From Pseudomonadota bacterium (GTDB lineage: Bacteria > Bdellovibrionota > Bdellovibrionia > Bdellovibrionales > Bdellovibrionaceae): DNA of 64,000 nucleotides. The position numbers and the translations under genes were made by a program. Shown here piece after piece: positions 40,029-50,026 of this stretch. Location: positions 160,001-224,000 of the forward strand of contig JBEGVH010000006.1 of NCBI GenBank assembly GCA_041178425.1, written 5' to 3'. The first letter of the stretch is position 1; each line of letters begins with the position of its first letter. A model generated the notes under the pieces. That model did no database searches, had not been told where the DNA came from, and saw nothing but the letters and a program-made list of their open reading frames with translations.

Positions 40029-41441
40029 ATGACACTTCCTAATCCAATTAAAGGCCATGTTGCAGTCGTCGAAGACGATAACGAAATGCGAAGCATGCTT
40101 GAGGATTATTTTCGAGCACAAGACTATCAAGTGTCTGCATTTAGTTCTGCTATAGAAGCCCTAGAAAAGCTCCGTCCCATCGATCCACCCGATGTGATTG
40201 TGTCAGATATTCGAATGCCAAAAATGGACGGTCTCGATTTCACCGTAAAAATCAAAGATAAGTTCCCAGAAACTTGCGTTGTTCTAATTACTGCCTTTGG
40301 AAGTATTGAAACAGCAATTGAGGCCATTCGTCGAGGAGCCTACGATTATTTAACAAAACCTTTTAAATTAGCCGGTCTTGAAGTTGTCATCAATAGAGCG
40401 ATAAACTTTCAAAAACTCAAAAAAGAAAACAAACAGCTTCGCGCCATCCAGAGAACCTCCTATGGGGCTCAAGGACTCATTGGCAAAAATCCGGCCATGA
40501 AAGAAGTTTTTGATGTTATGAATCGAGTGGCCCCATCCATGGCCAACATTCTTATTACTGGCGAAGTAGGCACCGGAAAAGAAATGGTGGCTCGAGCGAT
40601 TCATCAATTGAGTCCCCGTGCCGACCAACCTTTTGTGGCGATAAACTGCACATCGATTCCAGAGGCCCTTTTTGAATCAGAGCTTTTTGGTCACGTAAAA
40701 GGCGCCTATCCTGGAGCAAGTCACGATAAAAAAGGCCTTTTCGATGAAGCTTACGGCGGCACCCTCTTTATCGATGAAATTGGCGACCTTGAGCCAACGC
40801 TTCAGGCAAAACTTCTTAGAGCCATTCAAGATCAAAAAATCAAGCCTGTTGGATCAACAGAGCAACACGCTGTCGACGTGAGAATTATCGCTGCCACTCA
40901 CAAGGATCTTCGGCAAGCCATTCGTCTCAATAACTTTCGCGAAGATCTCTATTATCGTTTAGCTGTGGTACCAATCAACATTCCACCCCTACGCTACCGC
41001 CAAGATGATATTCCTGCTTTGACTCAGCACTTTATGGAAAAATACTCGGCAATCAATAATGTGGCCGTGAAAGCCTTTTCGCCTTCGGCTCTTTCAAAAT
41101 TGGTCAACTCTCGTTGGGAGGGGAACGTCCGTGAGCTTGAGAATGTGATAGAAAGAGTGGTCATTCTCGCTAAGCACACTCTCGTTGATGAAAACGATAT
41201 CCAACTCAATGAACAAACAGACACTGATAAATTTTTTGGTAAAGCCATTGAGTCTTATCCGACGATTGAAGATTTAGAGAAAAAATATATCCAGTATATT
41301 CTCGTTAAAACTGGAGGAAAAAAGGAAAAAGCAGCGCAAATCTTAGGAATCAATCGCCGTACCCTCTATCGCAAAGAACGAGAATACGGGCTCGTTGAAG
41401 ATCTTGGTCACGACGTCGAGTTTGAAGGCGACCAAGATTAA
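40029..41441 (+). CDS. NtrC-family response regulator (REC-AAA+-Fis HTH)
   Basis: VSDIRMP, GEVGTGKE, ESELFGH, FIDEIG, FREDLYYRL, WEGNVRELEN, AAQILGINRRTLYRK. Confidence 0.95.
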   Translation: MTLPNPIKGHVAVVEDDNEMRSMLEDYFRAQDYQVSAFSSAIEALEKLRPIDPPDVIVSDIRMPKMDGLDFTVKIKDKFPETCVVLITAFGSIETAIEAIRRGAYDYLTKPFKLAGLEVVINRAINFQKLKKENKQLRAIQRTSYGAQGLIGKNPAMKEVFDVMNRVAPSMANILITGEVGTGKEMVARAIHQLSPRADQPFVAINCTSIPEALFESELFGHVKGAYPGASHDKKGLFDEAYGGTLFIDEIGDLEPTLQAKLLRAIQDQKIKPVGSTEQHAVDVRIIAATHKDLRQAIRLNNFREDLYYRLAVVPINIPPLRYRQDDIPALTQHFMEKYSAINNVAVKAFSPSALSKLVNSRWEGNVRELENVIERVVILAKHTLVDENDIQLNEQTDTDKFFGKAIESYPTIEDLEKKYIQYILVKTGGKKEKAAQILGINRRTLYRKEREYGLVEDLGHDVEFEGDQD

Positions 41442-41446
41442 CTGCT

Positions 41447-42577
41447 ATGCCGACTAATGAAATTCTTCAGCAACTTGCCGATCACAAATACGCCATTGAT
41501 CAATCCTCGATTGTGGCAATCACCGATGCCAATGGTGTAATTACTTACGTCAATGAACGCTTTTGTAATGTATCTGGTTATCAACCTGAAGAGTTGGTGG
41601 GAAAAACTCACTCGATATTAAATTCTAAGTACCACCCTTTGAGTTTCTTCCAAGTGATGTGGAAGACCATCAAAGGCGGTGGTGTTTGGCGAGGAGAAGT
41701 GCGAAATCGACGCAAGGATGGATCTTATTACTGGGTTGATACCACCATAGTCCCCTTTCGGAACTCGCAAGGTGCAATTTATCAATTTCTTTCCATTCGA
41801 AACGAAATTACTGATCTTAAAGAGGCTCAACGAGTCATCTCAGAACAACAAGCCCGCCTCGCTGTGGCCTCAAAATTCTCTGGACTTGGTGAAATGGCCG
41901 CCAATCTCACTCACGAAATCAATAATCCCTTGGCGGCTATTTTAGGCCGATGCGAAATGCTTTTGACCAACCTGGAGCGTGCCGAGCTCGACAAAGAGTA
42001 TGTGCGAAAATCTGTAGAAACGATCGAATTTACCGCTCGTCGTATTGAAAAAATCATCCGCAGTATGCGCAGTTTTTCGGTGGCGCGAGATGGAGATCCC
42101 TTTGAAATCAAATCACTTCAATCTATCGTCGACGAAACAATCGATTTTGTTCAGCAACGTTTTAAAGATCACGGAATTGATCTTCTGGTAAACCCAATTC
42201 CGCCCCATCTTGAACTTGAATGCCGCGGCACCGAAGTTAGCCAGGTTCTTTTGAATCTTTTCAATAATGCTTTTGATGCCGTACGTTCTTACGAGGAAAA
42301 GTGGGTCAAAGTCGAAGTGTTCTCGCTTGGCGATTCTCAAATTCAGATTTATGTTACTGATAGTGGAAATGGAATTGATTTAGAGGTGGCACAGAGAATT
42401 TTTCAACCCTTCTTTTCTACCAAAGAAAAACAATACGGTACAGGACTTGGGCTCAGCATTTCAAAAGGGCTTATAGAAAAGCACAATGGTTCAATTGAGA
42501 TCGAGCATAGCTTTCCAAAGACGCGATTTGTGATCACTCTCCCTCTCAGGCAGCCAAACCCCTCTTTAAAGGCCTAG
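41447..42577 (+). CDS. PAS-domain sensor histidine kinase
   Basis: PAS (ITD..G.ITYVN, WRGE.RNR.KDG..YWV); THEINNPL H-box; N, D, F and G boxes. Confidence 0.95.
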   Translation: MPTNEILQQLADHKYAIDQSSIVAITDANGVITYVNERFCNVSGYQPEELVGKTHSILNSKYHPLSFFQVMWKTIKGGGVWRGEVRNRRKDGSYYWVDTTIVPFRNSQGAIYQFLSIRNEITDLKEAQRVISEQQARLAVASKFSGLGEMAANLTHEINNPLAAILGRCEMLLTNLERAELDKEYVRKSVETIEFTARRIEKIIRSMRSFSVARDGDPFEIKSLQSIVDETIDFVQQRFKDHGIDLLVNPIPPHLELECRGTEVSQVLLNLFNNAFDAVRSYEEKWVKVEVFSLGDSQIQIYVTDSGNGIDLEVAQRIFQPFFSTKEKQYGTGLGLSISKGLIEKHNGSIEIEHSFPKTRFVITLPLRQPNPSLKA

Positions 42578-43062
42578 TAAACATCGATAATCTCGTACTC
42601 CTTCTCTGTTTTTCCGAGGTCGACGGTAACCAGATCTCCTTTTTTTGTCTGCAAGAGCGCTTCACCGAGGGGAGTGCTTGGGGTGACCACCTGCACGCGA
42701 ATTCCATCGACCACAACGGCAATACCGCCCCCTTTGGGCATAAAAAATAGTGTGTTTTTTTTATCATCACACTCAACGTCAATGAGCGCCGTTGCTGTGA
42801 TGGCAGAATCAGAATTAAATTTTTGGAGCGCAATATGTTTAAAATCATACAAGGCCTCTTTTAACTCGGCCACGCGCTGAGCCTGTCCTCGGGCTACATA
42901 GGACGCTTCGAGGGCTCGCGTATCGTATTCGTTTTCGGGCTTGCTTTCTTCGTTCGTAGCATCTTGATGGGCGACCTTTGCGGCATTGATTGCCACCTCC
43001 AACTCTTTTTCGATTTGATCAACAATCGCATCTATCACTTTTTTCTTATCAAGTCTCGCCAT
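42574..43062 (-). CDS. GreA/GreB-family elongation-factor-like protein
   Basis: KPENEYDTRALEASY.A.GQ; VTPSTPLGEALL..K.GD; GGAGA RBS. Confidence 0.85.
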   Translation of the reverse strand: MARLDKKKVIDAIVDQIEKELEVAINAAKVAHQDATNEESKPENEYDTRALEASYVARGQAQRVAELKEALYDFKHIALQKFNSDSAITATALIDVECDDKKNTLFFMPKGGGIAVVVDGIRVQVVTPSTPLGEALLQTKKGDLVTVDLGKTEKEYEIIDVY

Positions 43063-43362
43063 GAGGTCTCCGTGTCTTCGTTCAAGCGCCGTTGAGTTGA
43101 TTAGTGGAGTCCTCATTATATCCCCCTCTGTGAACAAATGAAAAGTGTTTCGCTGGTGTCAAGATGTAGGAGTGTTTTTGATTTCTGTGAACTCAAGAAT
43201 CATTAAGGGCTGAATGGCTAATGATGCTAATGGTTTAGGCAATAGTTTGGGCTATTAAATGGCTGCCAGATGTAAAAAACTCAGCGCCTCTGATTTCAAA
43301 TCGAATACTGAGCTTATGTTGATGGTATGGCATTTGTTAGTAGTCCTTGTATGGAGAAATCT

Positions 43363-44565
43363 ATGGCGAAAAACATGCGTTTATTCATCCTTGTTGGAAG
43401 TGCTCTGGTCACTGTAAATACTTCAGTGGTGTTTGCTAGTAAAACTCTAAAGCCACAGTCTCTGCCTGAGCTTCCACCAGCTCTAGAGAGATTATCACCC
43501 ATTGATCTTAAAGGATCATTCATGGATCCACGAGTTCCTCGAGACCAAGGCCCATGGTTTGAAGGTTGGTATTATCGAATTAATGATAAAAATTCTAACC
43601 GATCGATTGCAATTATAGCCACTAGCTATCTTGACCCGCAGGAGACTTTTTCGGTTACTAAACCCATGAAAGGCTATATTGCCGTTTTAGTGAGTCACGG
43701 ACCGCAAATGCCCCTTCAGGTTTATGAGTACTTTCCGCAACAAACGTTTCTTTACATGAATAACAAACTTCTCTCTCATAGTTCAAAGTATGGAGAAAAA
43801 CCATCCTTTACCTGGGTTGCAGAAAAGTATGGGAGCATTTCTGCGACGGAAGTAGATCTTTCTCTCCCTGATATCACGGTAAAAGCGAAGTTCAAGGATC
43901 GAATTCCATGGAGTGCTTCCTTTAGCGATTGGGGGCCAGGTGGTATTTCAACGTATATTAATGCTGTTCCCTTAAAGTGGTTTGTTTATAGCCTTGGCTC
44001 CCAAGCAACGTATGAACTTCGATCTGCTCAGGGGTCTATTATCCAACAAGGTGAAGGTTATGCTCACCAAGAAAAAAACTGGGGTGATTCGTTCCCAAAT
44101 CGTTGGATATGGATGCAGGGAATTCATGCTGATAATCAAGCCCAGTTGGCCTTGGCTGGAGGCGTGGTTCGAGTGGCGGGTATAGATATAGAAAAGTGGG
44201 TCGTTGCCTATAAGGCGCCTGGTCTTGATATCCGGTTCGAAAGCGACCAACTCCATACCGAATTCTTTAAAAAGATTGATGGTCGAGGTGGAAAATTTGA
44301 ATTTTTAGCTTCGGACCTCAACTATGTTATGACGGTGAAAGCTAAAAGCTTAGCCCAACAGTTCGGATCGGTCTCAATCCCAACACTAAATGGCTACCGA
44401 AAAAACGGTGCCAAAGAGTCTTTTTCGACGACGATCGAAATAGAAGTTTTCAAAAATACCTTTCCTTTTACGGCCCGCTCTCGGCAACTTGTTGATAAGC
44501 GCGTGATTTCGAATGCGGCCCTTGAGTTCGGTAACCAATATATGCAGACAGGCTCAGCCCAATAA
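43363..44565 (+). CDS. Tocopherol-cyclase family protein with signal peptide
   Basis: WFEGWYYRI, HQEKNWGDSFP.RWIWMQG, ALEFG. Confidence 0.8.
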   Translation: MAKNMRLFILVGSALVTVNTSVVFASKTLKPQSLPELPPALERLSPIDLKGSFMDPRVPRDQGPWFEGWYYRINDKNSNRSIAIIATSYLDPQETFSVTKPMKGYIAVLVSHGPQMPLQVYEYFPQQTFLYMNNKLLSHSSKYGEKPSFTWVAEKYGSISATEVDLSLPDITVKAKFKDRIPWSASFSDWGPGGISTYINAVPLKWFVYSLGSQATYELRSAQGSIIQQGEGYAHQEKNWGDSFPNRWIWMQGIHADNQAQLALAGGVVRVAGIDIEKWVVAYKAPGLDIRFESDQLHTEFFKKIDGRGGKFEFLASDLNYVMTVKAKSLAQQFGSVSIPTLNGYRKNGAKESFSTTIEIEVFKNTFPFTARSRQLVDKRVISNAALEFGNQYMQTGSAQ

Positions 44566-44766
44566 GCTGAGCCTCGACCTCGCTTTATCCAGACTAAATT
44601 CATCGATTGAATCTAACGAAAAAGCGAGCCCACGAGGGCTCCCTGAATCCTAAGCTCTATCAATCAATAAAATCGCCTTGGATGTGGAGTCTCACCTAAC
44701 AAGCCAAATGGAGGCAACAGATGAGTGTCGAAGCCTTGAGGGTTGGCACTCATCAATGACTTTCTG

Positions 44767-46476
44767 CTAAGGAACGAATGGTGCCAATACTGGAATCACG
44801 GCCACCGGGGGCAGTTGATCATTAGGTGAAGATCGAATCTCTTCCTTTTTCTCAAATAAGTTGGTGCTTGCTTTGTTGTAGGCCGCGTATCCTAAACCTT
44901 GATCAATGCTACCGAGCAAATAACCAACGAGTTTCAATTTCGGATTTTTAAACTTTTCAGCAAGATCGTTGGTCCATCTTAACATTTTAATATCCAGGTG
45001 AACCTGGCTGCCACCAATCAGAATCTCCCACGCCGTATCAAAAGACACCCTTGAAATATCTGATTTACCTTGAACCAAAATATTAACCGATGTCGAATCC
45101 ACCAAAGTTATCATTGAGCAGATGGCATACTTGGTTGCAAGTCCCGCCCCTTTTCTAGAAAGCGCTTCGGAGGCTCCAGACAAGAGACTGGTTTGCAAGG
45201 TCATATAAGAGAGATTCTGAAGTAATCCCTTATCGTTTGCTACCTGATTAATAAAATCTCGAGATGATTGCACTGGATGATCCAAAACGAGGGGTGCACT
45301 CGAAAAACTCCAGTATCCCCTTGCATACGACTCGACCGCTAACTGTACGGTCTGTGCTGTAGCAATGTATCCTTTTCTGTCCCAAATAGAGGTGCTGAGG
45401 TCGCGTAAAGATGATCCGATTCTCATAAGGGCACGAGAAAAAATAGCTCTTCGTGATACCCACTGTAGAGCTTCACTTTCGGATGTAAAGCGAACCATTT
45501 TATTGGTTCCTATTGATCCAGAGATCTCTGCGCCCTTAGCCAAATAGTTCAGACCGACCTTTGCTGAGGTTTCTTCTTCAGCGTTGATTGTTGTTTTGTT
45601 GATAAGGCCCTTTTTCCAAACTTTTTGTTCTTCAATGGCAGTTTTAAAATAGGCTTTCATCGATGATACGGTTGAACCATTAAGAGCTTTCACCGCAAGA
45701 AACTTGATTCCTCGAAAAATGATACCATTACCCACAAACAGCGCCACATCGCCCATGATTCGATTGTGCCGTTCTTCAATTTGAGATGTCGTCCATCGAT
45801 AAAGAAGTTGAGACCAACCGTCTTTACTGACTCTCTGTAGTTCTTTAAGAAGATAAGGATCTTTACCAGACTCCTTGAGATCACTGATCTTGTAATCCAA
45901 ATCAAGCAGATCAATTTGGGTACGTTCAAATTCCTTGGCGGTATCAATTTCGCCCTGAACAGTCATAAATAAGTTCTGCAATAACTCTTTTCCGATGAGC
46001 GTCGCAAGCCAACGAGGTTCGTTCAATGAAAACTCAAGGACAATAGCGCGGGCCGTGGGCCAAACATCACTGCTTGTGGCTGTTCGACGAAAGCTCTTAA
46101 CAATGGCTCCTTCGGAGTAAAACCAAGCATCAATGATGTGATCGGCGTTTGTGTCTCTTCCCCTTAGTACAACAAGACTAGTCTCTTTTGCTAACCAATG
46201 CGCCTCGATGAGCGATACTTCAACGGCATTTTCGCCATGACGATTGATGTAATACTCAATTTTGTAGCGAAAGGTTTTTTGATCGGGGGTTGTAATAACA
46301 CGAACCTCTCGACGATCTAAGAGGTCAACCTGAGGCTTTACATCCTGAGCCAAGGCCTCTTGGGCTAACAAGCAGAGCGCTGCCACCACGACAACCAACG
46401 AGGCTACCACCAAAGTCGAAAATTTACGGAGACGGAGACCGATTCCAAAAACGTCCAGGTTTCTAATTGAAGACAT
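44767..46476 (-). CDS. Exported hypothetical protein
   Basis: 569 aa ORF; signal peptide ending ALA; preceded by a sigma54-type promoter. Confidence 0.75.
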   Translation of the reverse strand: MSSIRNLDVFGIGLRLRKFSTLVVASLVVVVAALCLLAQEALAQDVKPQVDLLDRREVRVITTPDQKTFRYKIEYYINRHGENAVEVSLIEAHWLAKETSLVVLRGRDTNADHIIDAWFYSEGAIVKSFRRTATSSDVWPTARAIVLEFSLNEPRWLATLIGKELLQNLFMTVQGEIDTAKEFERTQIDLLDLDYKISDLKESGKDPYLLKELQRVSKDGWSQLLYRWTTSQIEERHNRIMGDVALFVGNGIIFRGIKFLAVKALNGSTVSSMKAYFKTAIEEQKVWKKGLINKTTINAEEETSAKVGLNYLAKGAEISGSIGTNKMVRFTSESEALQWVSRRAIFSRALMRIGSSLRDLSTSIWDRKGYIATAQTVQLAVESYARGYWSFSSAPLVLDHPVQSSRDFINQVANDKGLLQNLSYMTLQTSLLSGASEALSRKGAGLATKYAICSMITLVDSTSVNILVQGKSDISRVSFDTAWEILIGGSQVHLDIKMLRWTNDLAEKFKNPKLKLVGYLLGSIDQGLGYAAYNKASTNLFEKKEEIRSSPNDQLPPVAVIPVLAPFVP

Positions 46477-46535
46477 GCAAACTCCGATGTCGGAAAACTC
46501 TCTCCGATAATCGGTGAAGAGCTATTGCTGGTGAG

Positions 46536-46551
46536 AGCAATGAATGTGCCA
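46536..46551 (-). promoter_or_regulatory. sigma54 -24/-12 promoter
   Basis: Minus strand TGGCACATTCATTGCT (GG-N10-GC), about 60 nt upstream of 46476. Confidence 0.7.
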
Positions 46552-46611
46552 CCGACAATTGAAAAGTTTCTCTGATGCGATTGAAATCGACACCCATTGC
46601 GATCAAATGTA

Positions 46612-46664
46612 AATTCAACAACCTAACCTTTTTGGTTAGATATTAAAGCTTAGGTTGTTGAATT
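46612..46664. repeat. 15 bp perfect inverted repeat
   Basis: AATTCAACAACCTAA-N23-TTAGGTTGTTGAATT. Confidence 0.8.
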
Positions 46665-46777
46665 CCCTGGTTTTTTCGAAAGTTGATCACCTTTTAAGTA
46701 TAACTCAATTAACGATGACTGTGAAAAAGTAAAAATCTGGAGCCACTTTGAGGCCAAGACAACAAGTCATTATTTGC

Positions 46778-47158
46778 TTATTTTTGAAACCCTTTCAAAG
46801 ACACCCTCAGAGTGGCGAAAGCCGTGAGGGTCATCATCAAAAGAAAACTTAGGTTCGAAAACGAGTGCCATTGACTACCCGTGATTCCGAAAAAAGTCTC
46901 GGTATTAAAATCACCTTGCCAAGAGACTAGGCGTAACACTGAAATCGGAAGAACTGCAGCAAACAAAAACTGAAAACCTGCAAAAACGAGAAACCTTCGC
47001 TGTTGACCACGAAAAGTGATAGCCAAAAGAGCTGTCGTCAAAAAAACACCGTTGGCCAAAAGCGAAAGCCATTTTTTTTCGCCAGGCAATTTAAAAATTA
47101 AAATGATCAATGGAATCACAATGAGCTGCCAAAGAAGCAAAGATCGTGGATTTGTCAT
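46778..47158 (-). CDS. Small membrane protein
   Basis: About 4 TM segments; ATG 47158 overlaps the stop of the upstream gene; GAGG RBS. Confidence 0.7.
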   Translation of the reverse strand: MTNPRSLLLWQLIVIPLIILIFKLPGEKKWLSLLANGVFLTTALLAITFRGQQRRFLVFAGFQFLFAAVLPISVLRLVSWQGDFNTETFFGITGSQWHSFSNLSFLLMMTLTAFATLRVSLKGFQK

Positions 47159-47838
47159 AAAAGTACCTCGGTTGAAAGAATGGAAGTGTCTCGAGTAAGA
47201 TCTCGAAAATGATCTAACGGGCACTCACCCAATCGACCCTCTAATACTTTTGGAGAGTCCTCTCGTTGACTCTGACGTTGCGATTCAAAGAGAGAGTGCC
47301 CGATGCTTCCTCTGAAGCCGAGCACGCCCCAGGCGCGCTCTTCGGCCCTCAAGGCTTTGTTTGGCTTTTCTGATACCTCAAACAAATGGGCGCTTATCTT
47401 TCTAAGAAAGCCCCAATTTTGACAATCACTCACTGAATGACTACCTACCATCACGTCATGATCATCCAAGCCTATATTTATTTGGTCCAAAACATCCACT
47501 GGAGAAAACTCAACGTCAGGAAGTATGAGAATATTCTTATTGGTCCAATAAGCGTGAGATAGAGACATTGTTGTTGTCCAGTCGGGGGTAGAATCAACGA
47601 GACACAGCTTGACCATGGGAAACTGAAGGGTCAGAAAATCAATTAACAATTGCTTGTCATGTCTCGTGATAACAACGGCATTCCAATGTCGCTCTTGAGC
47701 CCACATTAAAGGGGCTTGAATGAGAGGTTCCCCTGAATTGGGACGCAACAGAAGCTCCTTTGCCGGTGGAGAACCCACGCGAGTGCCAAAGCCAGCCGCA
47801 GGAATTAGAACTGTTGGAGCTTCGCAAATTTCGTTCAT
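47155..47838 (-). CDS. Nucleotidyltransferase (NTP_transferase-like)
   Basis: LIPAAGFGTRVG..PAKELL, ILPD. Confidence 0.8.
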   Translation of the reverse strand: MNEICEAPTVLIPAAGFGTRVGSPPAKELLLRPNSGEPLIQAPLMWAQERHWNAVVITRHDKQLLIDFLTLQFPMVKLCLVDSTPDWTTTMSLSHAYWTNKNILILPDVEFSPVDVLDQINIGLDDHDVMVGSHSVSDCQNWGFLRKISAHLFEVSEKPNKALRAEERAWGVLGFRGSIGHSLFESQRQSQREDSPKVLEGRLGECPLDHFRDLTRDTSILSTEVLL

Positions 47839-47918
47839 TCAAGCTTGGGATTTAATGGGTTGAAAACCGAATGTCATCATTTAATTTGACTCCCCCGCCG
47901 TTCTTGCGATGATTAACT

Positions 47919-48626
47919 ATGTCACTTATTGAGTTAAATGGAATTCATAAATCGTATGTGCTCGGCGACAATAAAGTTCATGCCCTAAGAGGAATCAGTC
48001 TCTCTCTTGCCAAGGGTGAGTTTGCGGCTCTCATTGGAGCTTCAGGATCGGGAAAAAGCACTCTGCTTCATTTGCTTGGAACAATCGATGAGCCTGATGA
48101 AGGCCAATTTCTTTTGGATGGTGAAAACGTGCTTTCTTTATCAGAAGACGAGCGAAGCCTTCTTCGAAATAGAAAAATTGGTTTTATTTTTCAGAGCTTT
48201 CACCTTGTTCCTGTTTTGAATGTTTTCGAAAATGTTGAATTGCCGCTCCTCGTTCAAAAAGATTTGAGCAAAGAAGAGATTCGAAAGAGAGTCACCCAAG
48301 CCCTCGACGACGTGGGACTTGTTGAACTTGGCCACTACCCTCCTAACAAACTTTCGGGTGGTCAAAGACAACGAGTGGCTATTGCCAGAGCGTTGGTGAC
48401 CCACCCCTCCTTAATCCTCGCCGACGAGCCGACAGCCAATTTAGACTCAACAACCACGAATAAAATTGTGGATCTCCTTCTCGAACTCAATCAGAAAAGA
48501 AATGTTACATTTCTTTTCTGCACCCACGATGAAAAACTGATGAGTCGGGTCAACCGCCAAATTCGAATACAAGATGGTAAAATCGTGGCCGACACAAAAA
48601 TAAATACAAACTTTCCGGGAGCCTAA
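47919..48626 (+). CDS. LolD/MacB-like ABC ATPase
   Basis: GASGSGKS, GFIFQSF, LSGGQRQRVAIARAL, ADEPTANLD. Confidence 0.95.
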   Translation: MSLIELNGIHKSYVLGDNKVHALRGISLSLAKGEFAALIGASGSGKSTLLHLLGTIDEPDEGQFLLDGENVLSLSEDERSLLRNRKIGFIFQSFHLVPVLNVFENVELPLLVQKDLSKEEIRKRVTQALDDVGLVELGHYPPNKLSGGQRQRVAIARALVTHPSLILADEPTANLDSTTTNKIVDLLLELNQKRNVTFLFCTHDEKLMSRVNRQIRIQDGKIVADTKINTNFPGA

Positions 48627-49981
48627 TGAGACTTTGGCTTCTTGCTCTAAAAAATCTTTGGCGGAATCCGCGACGAACTATTGTCACCGGCCTTGCCATG
48701 TCGATCGGATTTGCCGGGCTGAGCCTTTTTAACGGCTATGTTCGCCGCATTGAAATCTCTTTAGCCCTTGGTTCAGTGTACGTTAATCATATGGGCCATT
48801 TGATGATCATGAAGAAAAACTGGATAGAAAAAGGACTCACGAGACCGGCCCTCTATTCTTTAAATCAAGAAGATCAGGCTCGTATCAAAACTTTTTTGAC
48901 TCCTTACGAAGACGCAATAGCTTATCAGGCGCCGCTGTTCATTGGAACTGGCCTCATTAGCAACGGCTGCCGAAGTGTGCCTTTTTTTCTAAAAGGTCTA
49001 ACCCCCGATTTTAAAAAGTGGGTCTTTACCAATGATGGTTTTCTTAAATGGGCGCAAAATTCAAAACCAAAATATTTTCGTGGAAAAGACTTTACCTTTT
49101 TTGAAGAGTCAGAATCAGCGCTGATGCTAACAGAAAATCTTGCTCGCCTGCTGAACAAACAAAATCTCTACACAAATCAGGAGTCAATGACCCCGGCTAA
49201 AATAATTGATTGCACTTCAATGTTAGATAAAGCTTCGGCCAGCAAAGACCCCTCGGTTCAACTCATGGCAAAAACACTTGATGGAGGACTGTCAGCCATC
49301 GACGCCAATGTGGTTGGTCATTTTAGCCTTGGTTTTATTTTTCTGGAAGATATGGGTGTACAGACGTCGTTGGCTTTGGCTCAAAGACTTTTCGATACTC
49401 AATCGATTTCTCGATGGATCACCTTTTTAAAGGATCCAAGCACTTTAAAAAAATGGAAGCTCAAAATAAAGCCGCAATTTGAAAAGCTGTTCCCAGACTT
49501 TGAGATGTTATTTTATGATGAAGAAAGAATTAATCCCTTTTATACTGGAACCGTAAGTTTTCTAAATAGTCTTTCGTTCTTTTTCGTGATTATCGCTGGA
49601 TTCGCAGTGAGTTTAGCGATTCTTAATTCTCTCACTATAAATATTATTGAGCGCTCACAGGAAATTGGAACTCTGAGGGCTCTAGGTTTCAAACAGTCAC
49701 AGTTAGCCTGGCTCTTAGGTCGAGAAATGCTTCTTTTATCGCTTCTGAGCTTGGTTGCGGGCCTGATGATCACCGAAATTGTGGCCGCTTTGATCAATCA
49801 AGTTAACCTTACCTTTGAACCCCCAGGGGCCTCTGGCCCAGTAAAATTGGAAGTCGCTCTCGACGGGCAGTTTCAATTTGTGGTATTCCTAGCTTTAACC
49901 GTTTTAGTCGGTGTTGGCAGTTTTTTTCTAGCAAAACGAAAACTTCGGTCGAATATTGTGGAACTACTCGTTCAAAGTTAG
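48626..49981 (+). CDS. FtsX/LolE-like ABC permease
   Basis: ALKNLWRNPRRT; large periplasmic domain; ERSQEIGTLRALGF. Confidence 0.9.
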   Translation: MRLWLLALKNLWRNPRRTIVTGLAMSIGFAGLSLFNGYVRRIEISLALGSVYVNHMGHLMIMKKNWIEKGLTRPALYSLNQEDQARIKTFLTPYEDAIAYQAPLFIGTGLISNGCRSVPFFLKGLTPDFKKWVFTNDGFLKWAQNSKPKYFRGKDFTFFEESESALMLTENLARLLNKQNLYTNQESMTPAKIIDCTSMLDKASASKDPSVQLMAKTLDGGLSAIDANVVGHFSLGFIFLEDMGVQTSLALAQRLFDTQSISRWITFLKDPSTLKKWKLKIKPQFEKLFPDFEMLFYDEERINPFYTGTVSFLNSLSFFFVIIAGFAVSLAILNSLTINIIERSQEIGTLRALGFKQSQLAWLLGREMLLLSLLSLVAGLMITEIVAALINQVNLTFEPPGASGPVKLEVALDGQFQFVVFLALTVLVGVGSFFLAKRKLRSNIVELLVQS

Positions 49982-50026
49982 AACAAAAGACACCGTTGGC
50001 ACGACACCTAAAGGGAGAATTTAAAA

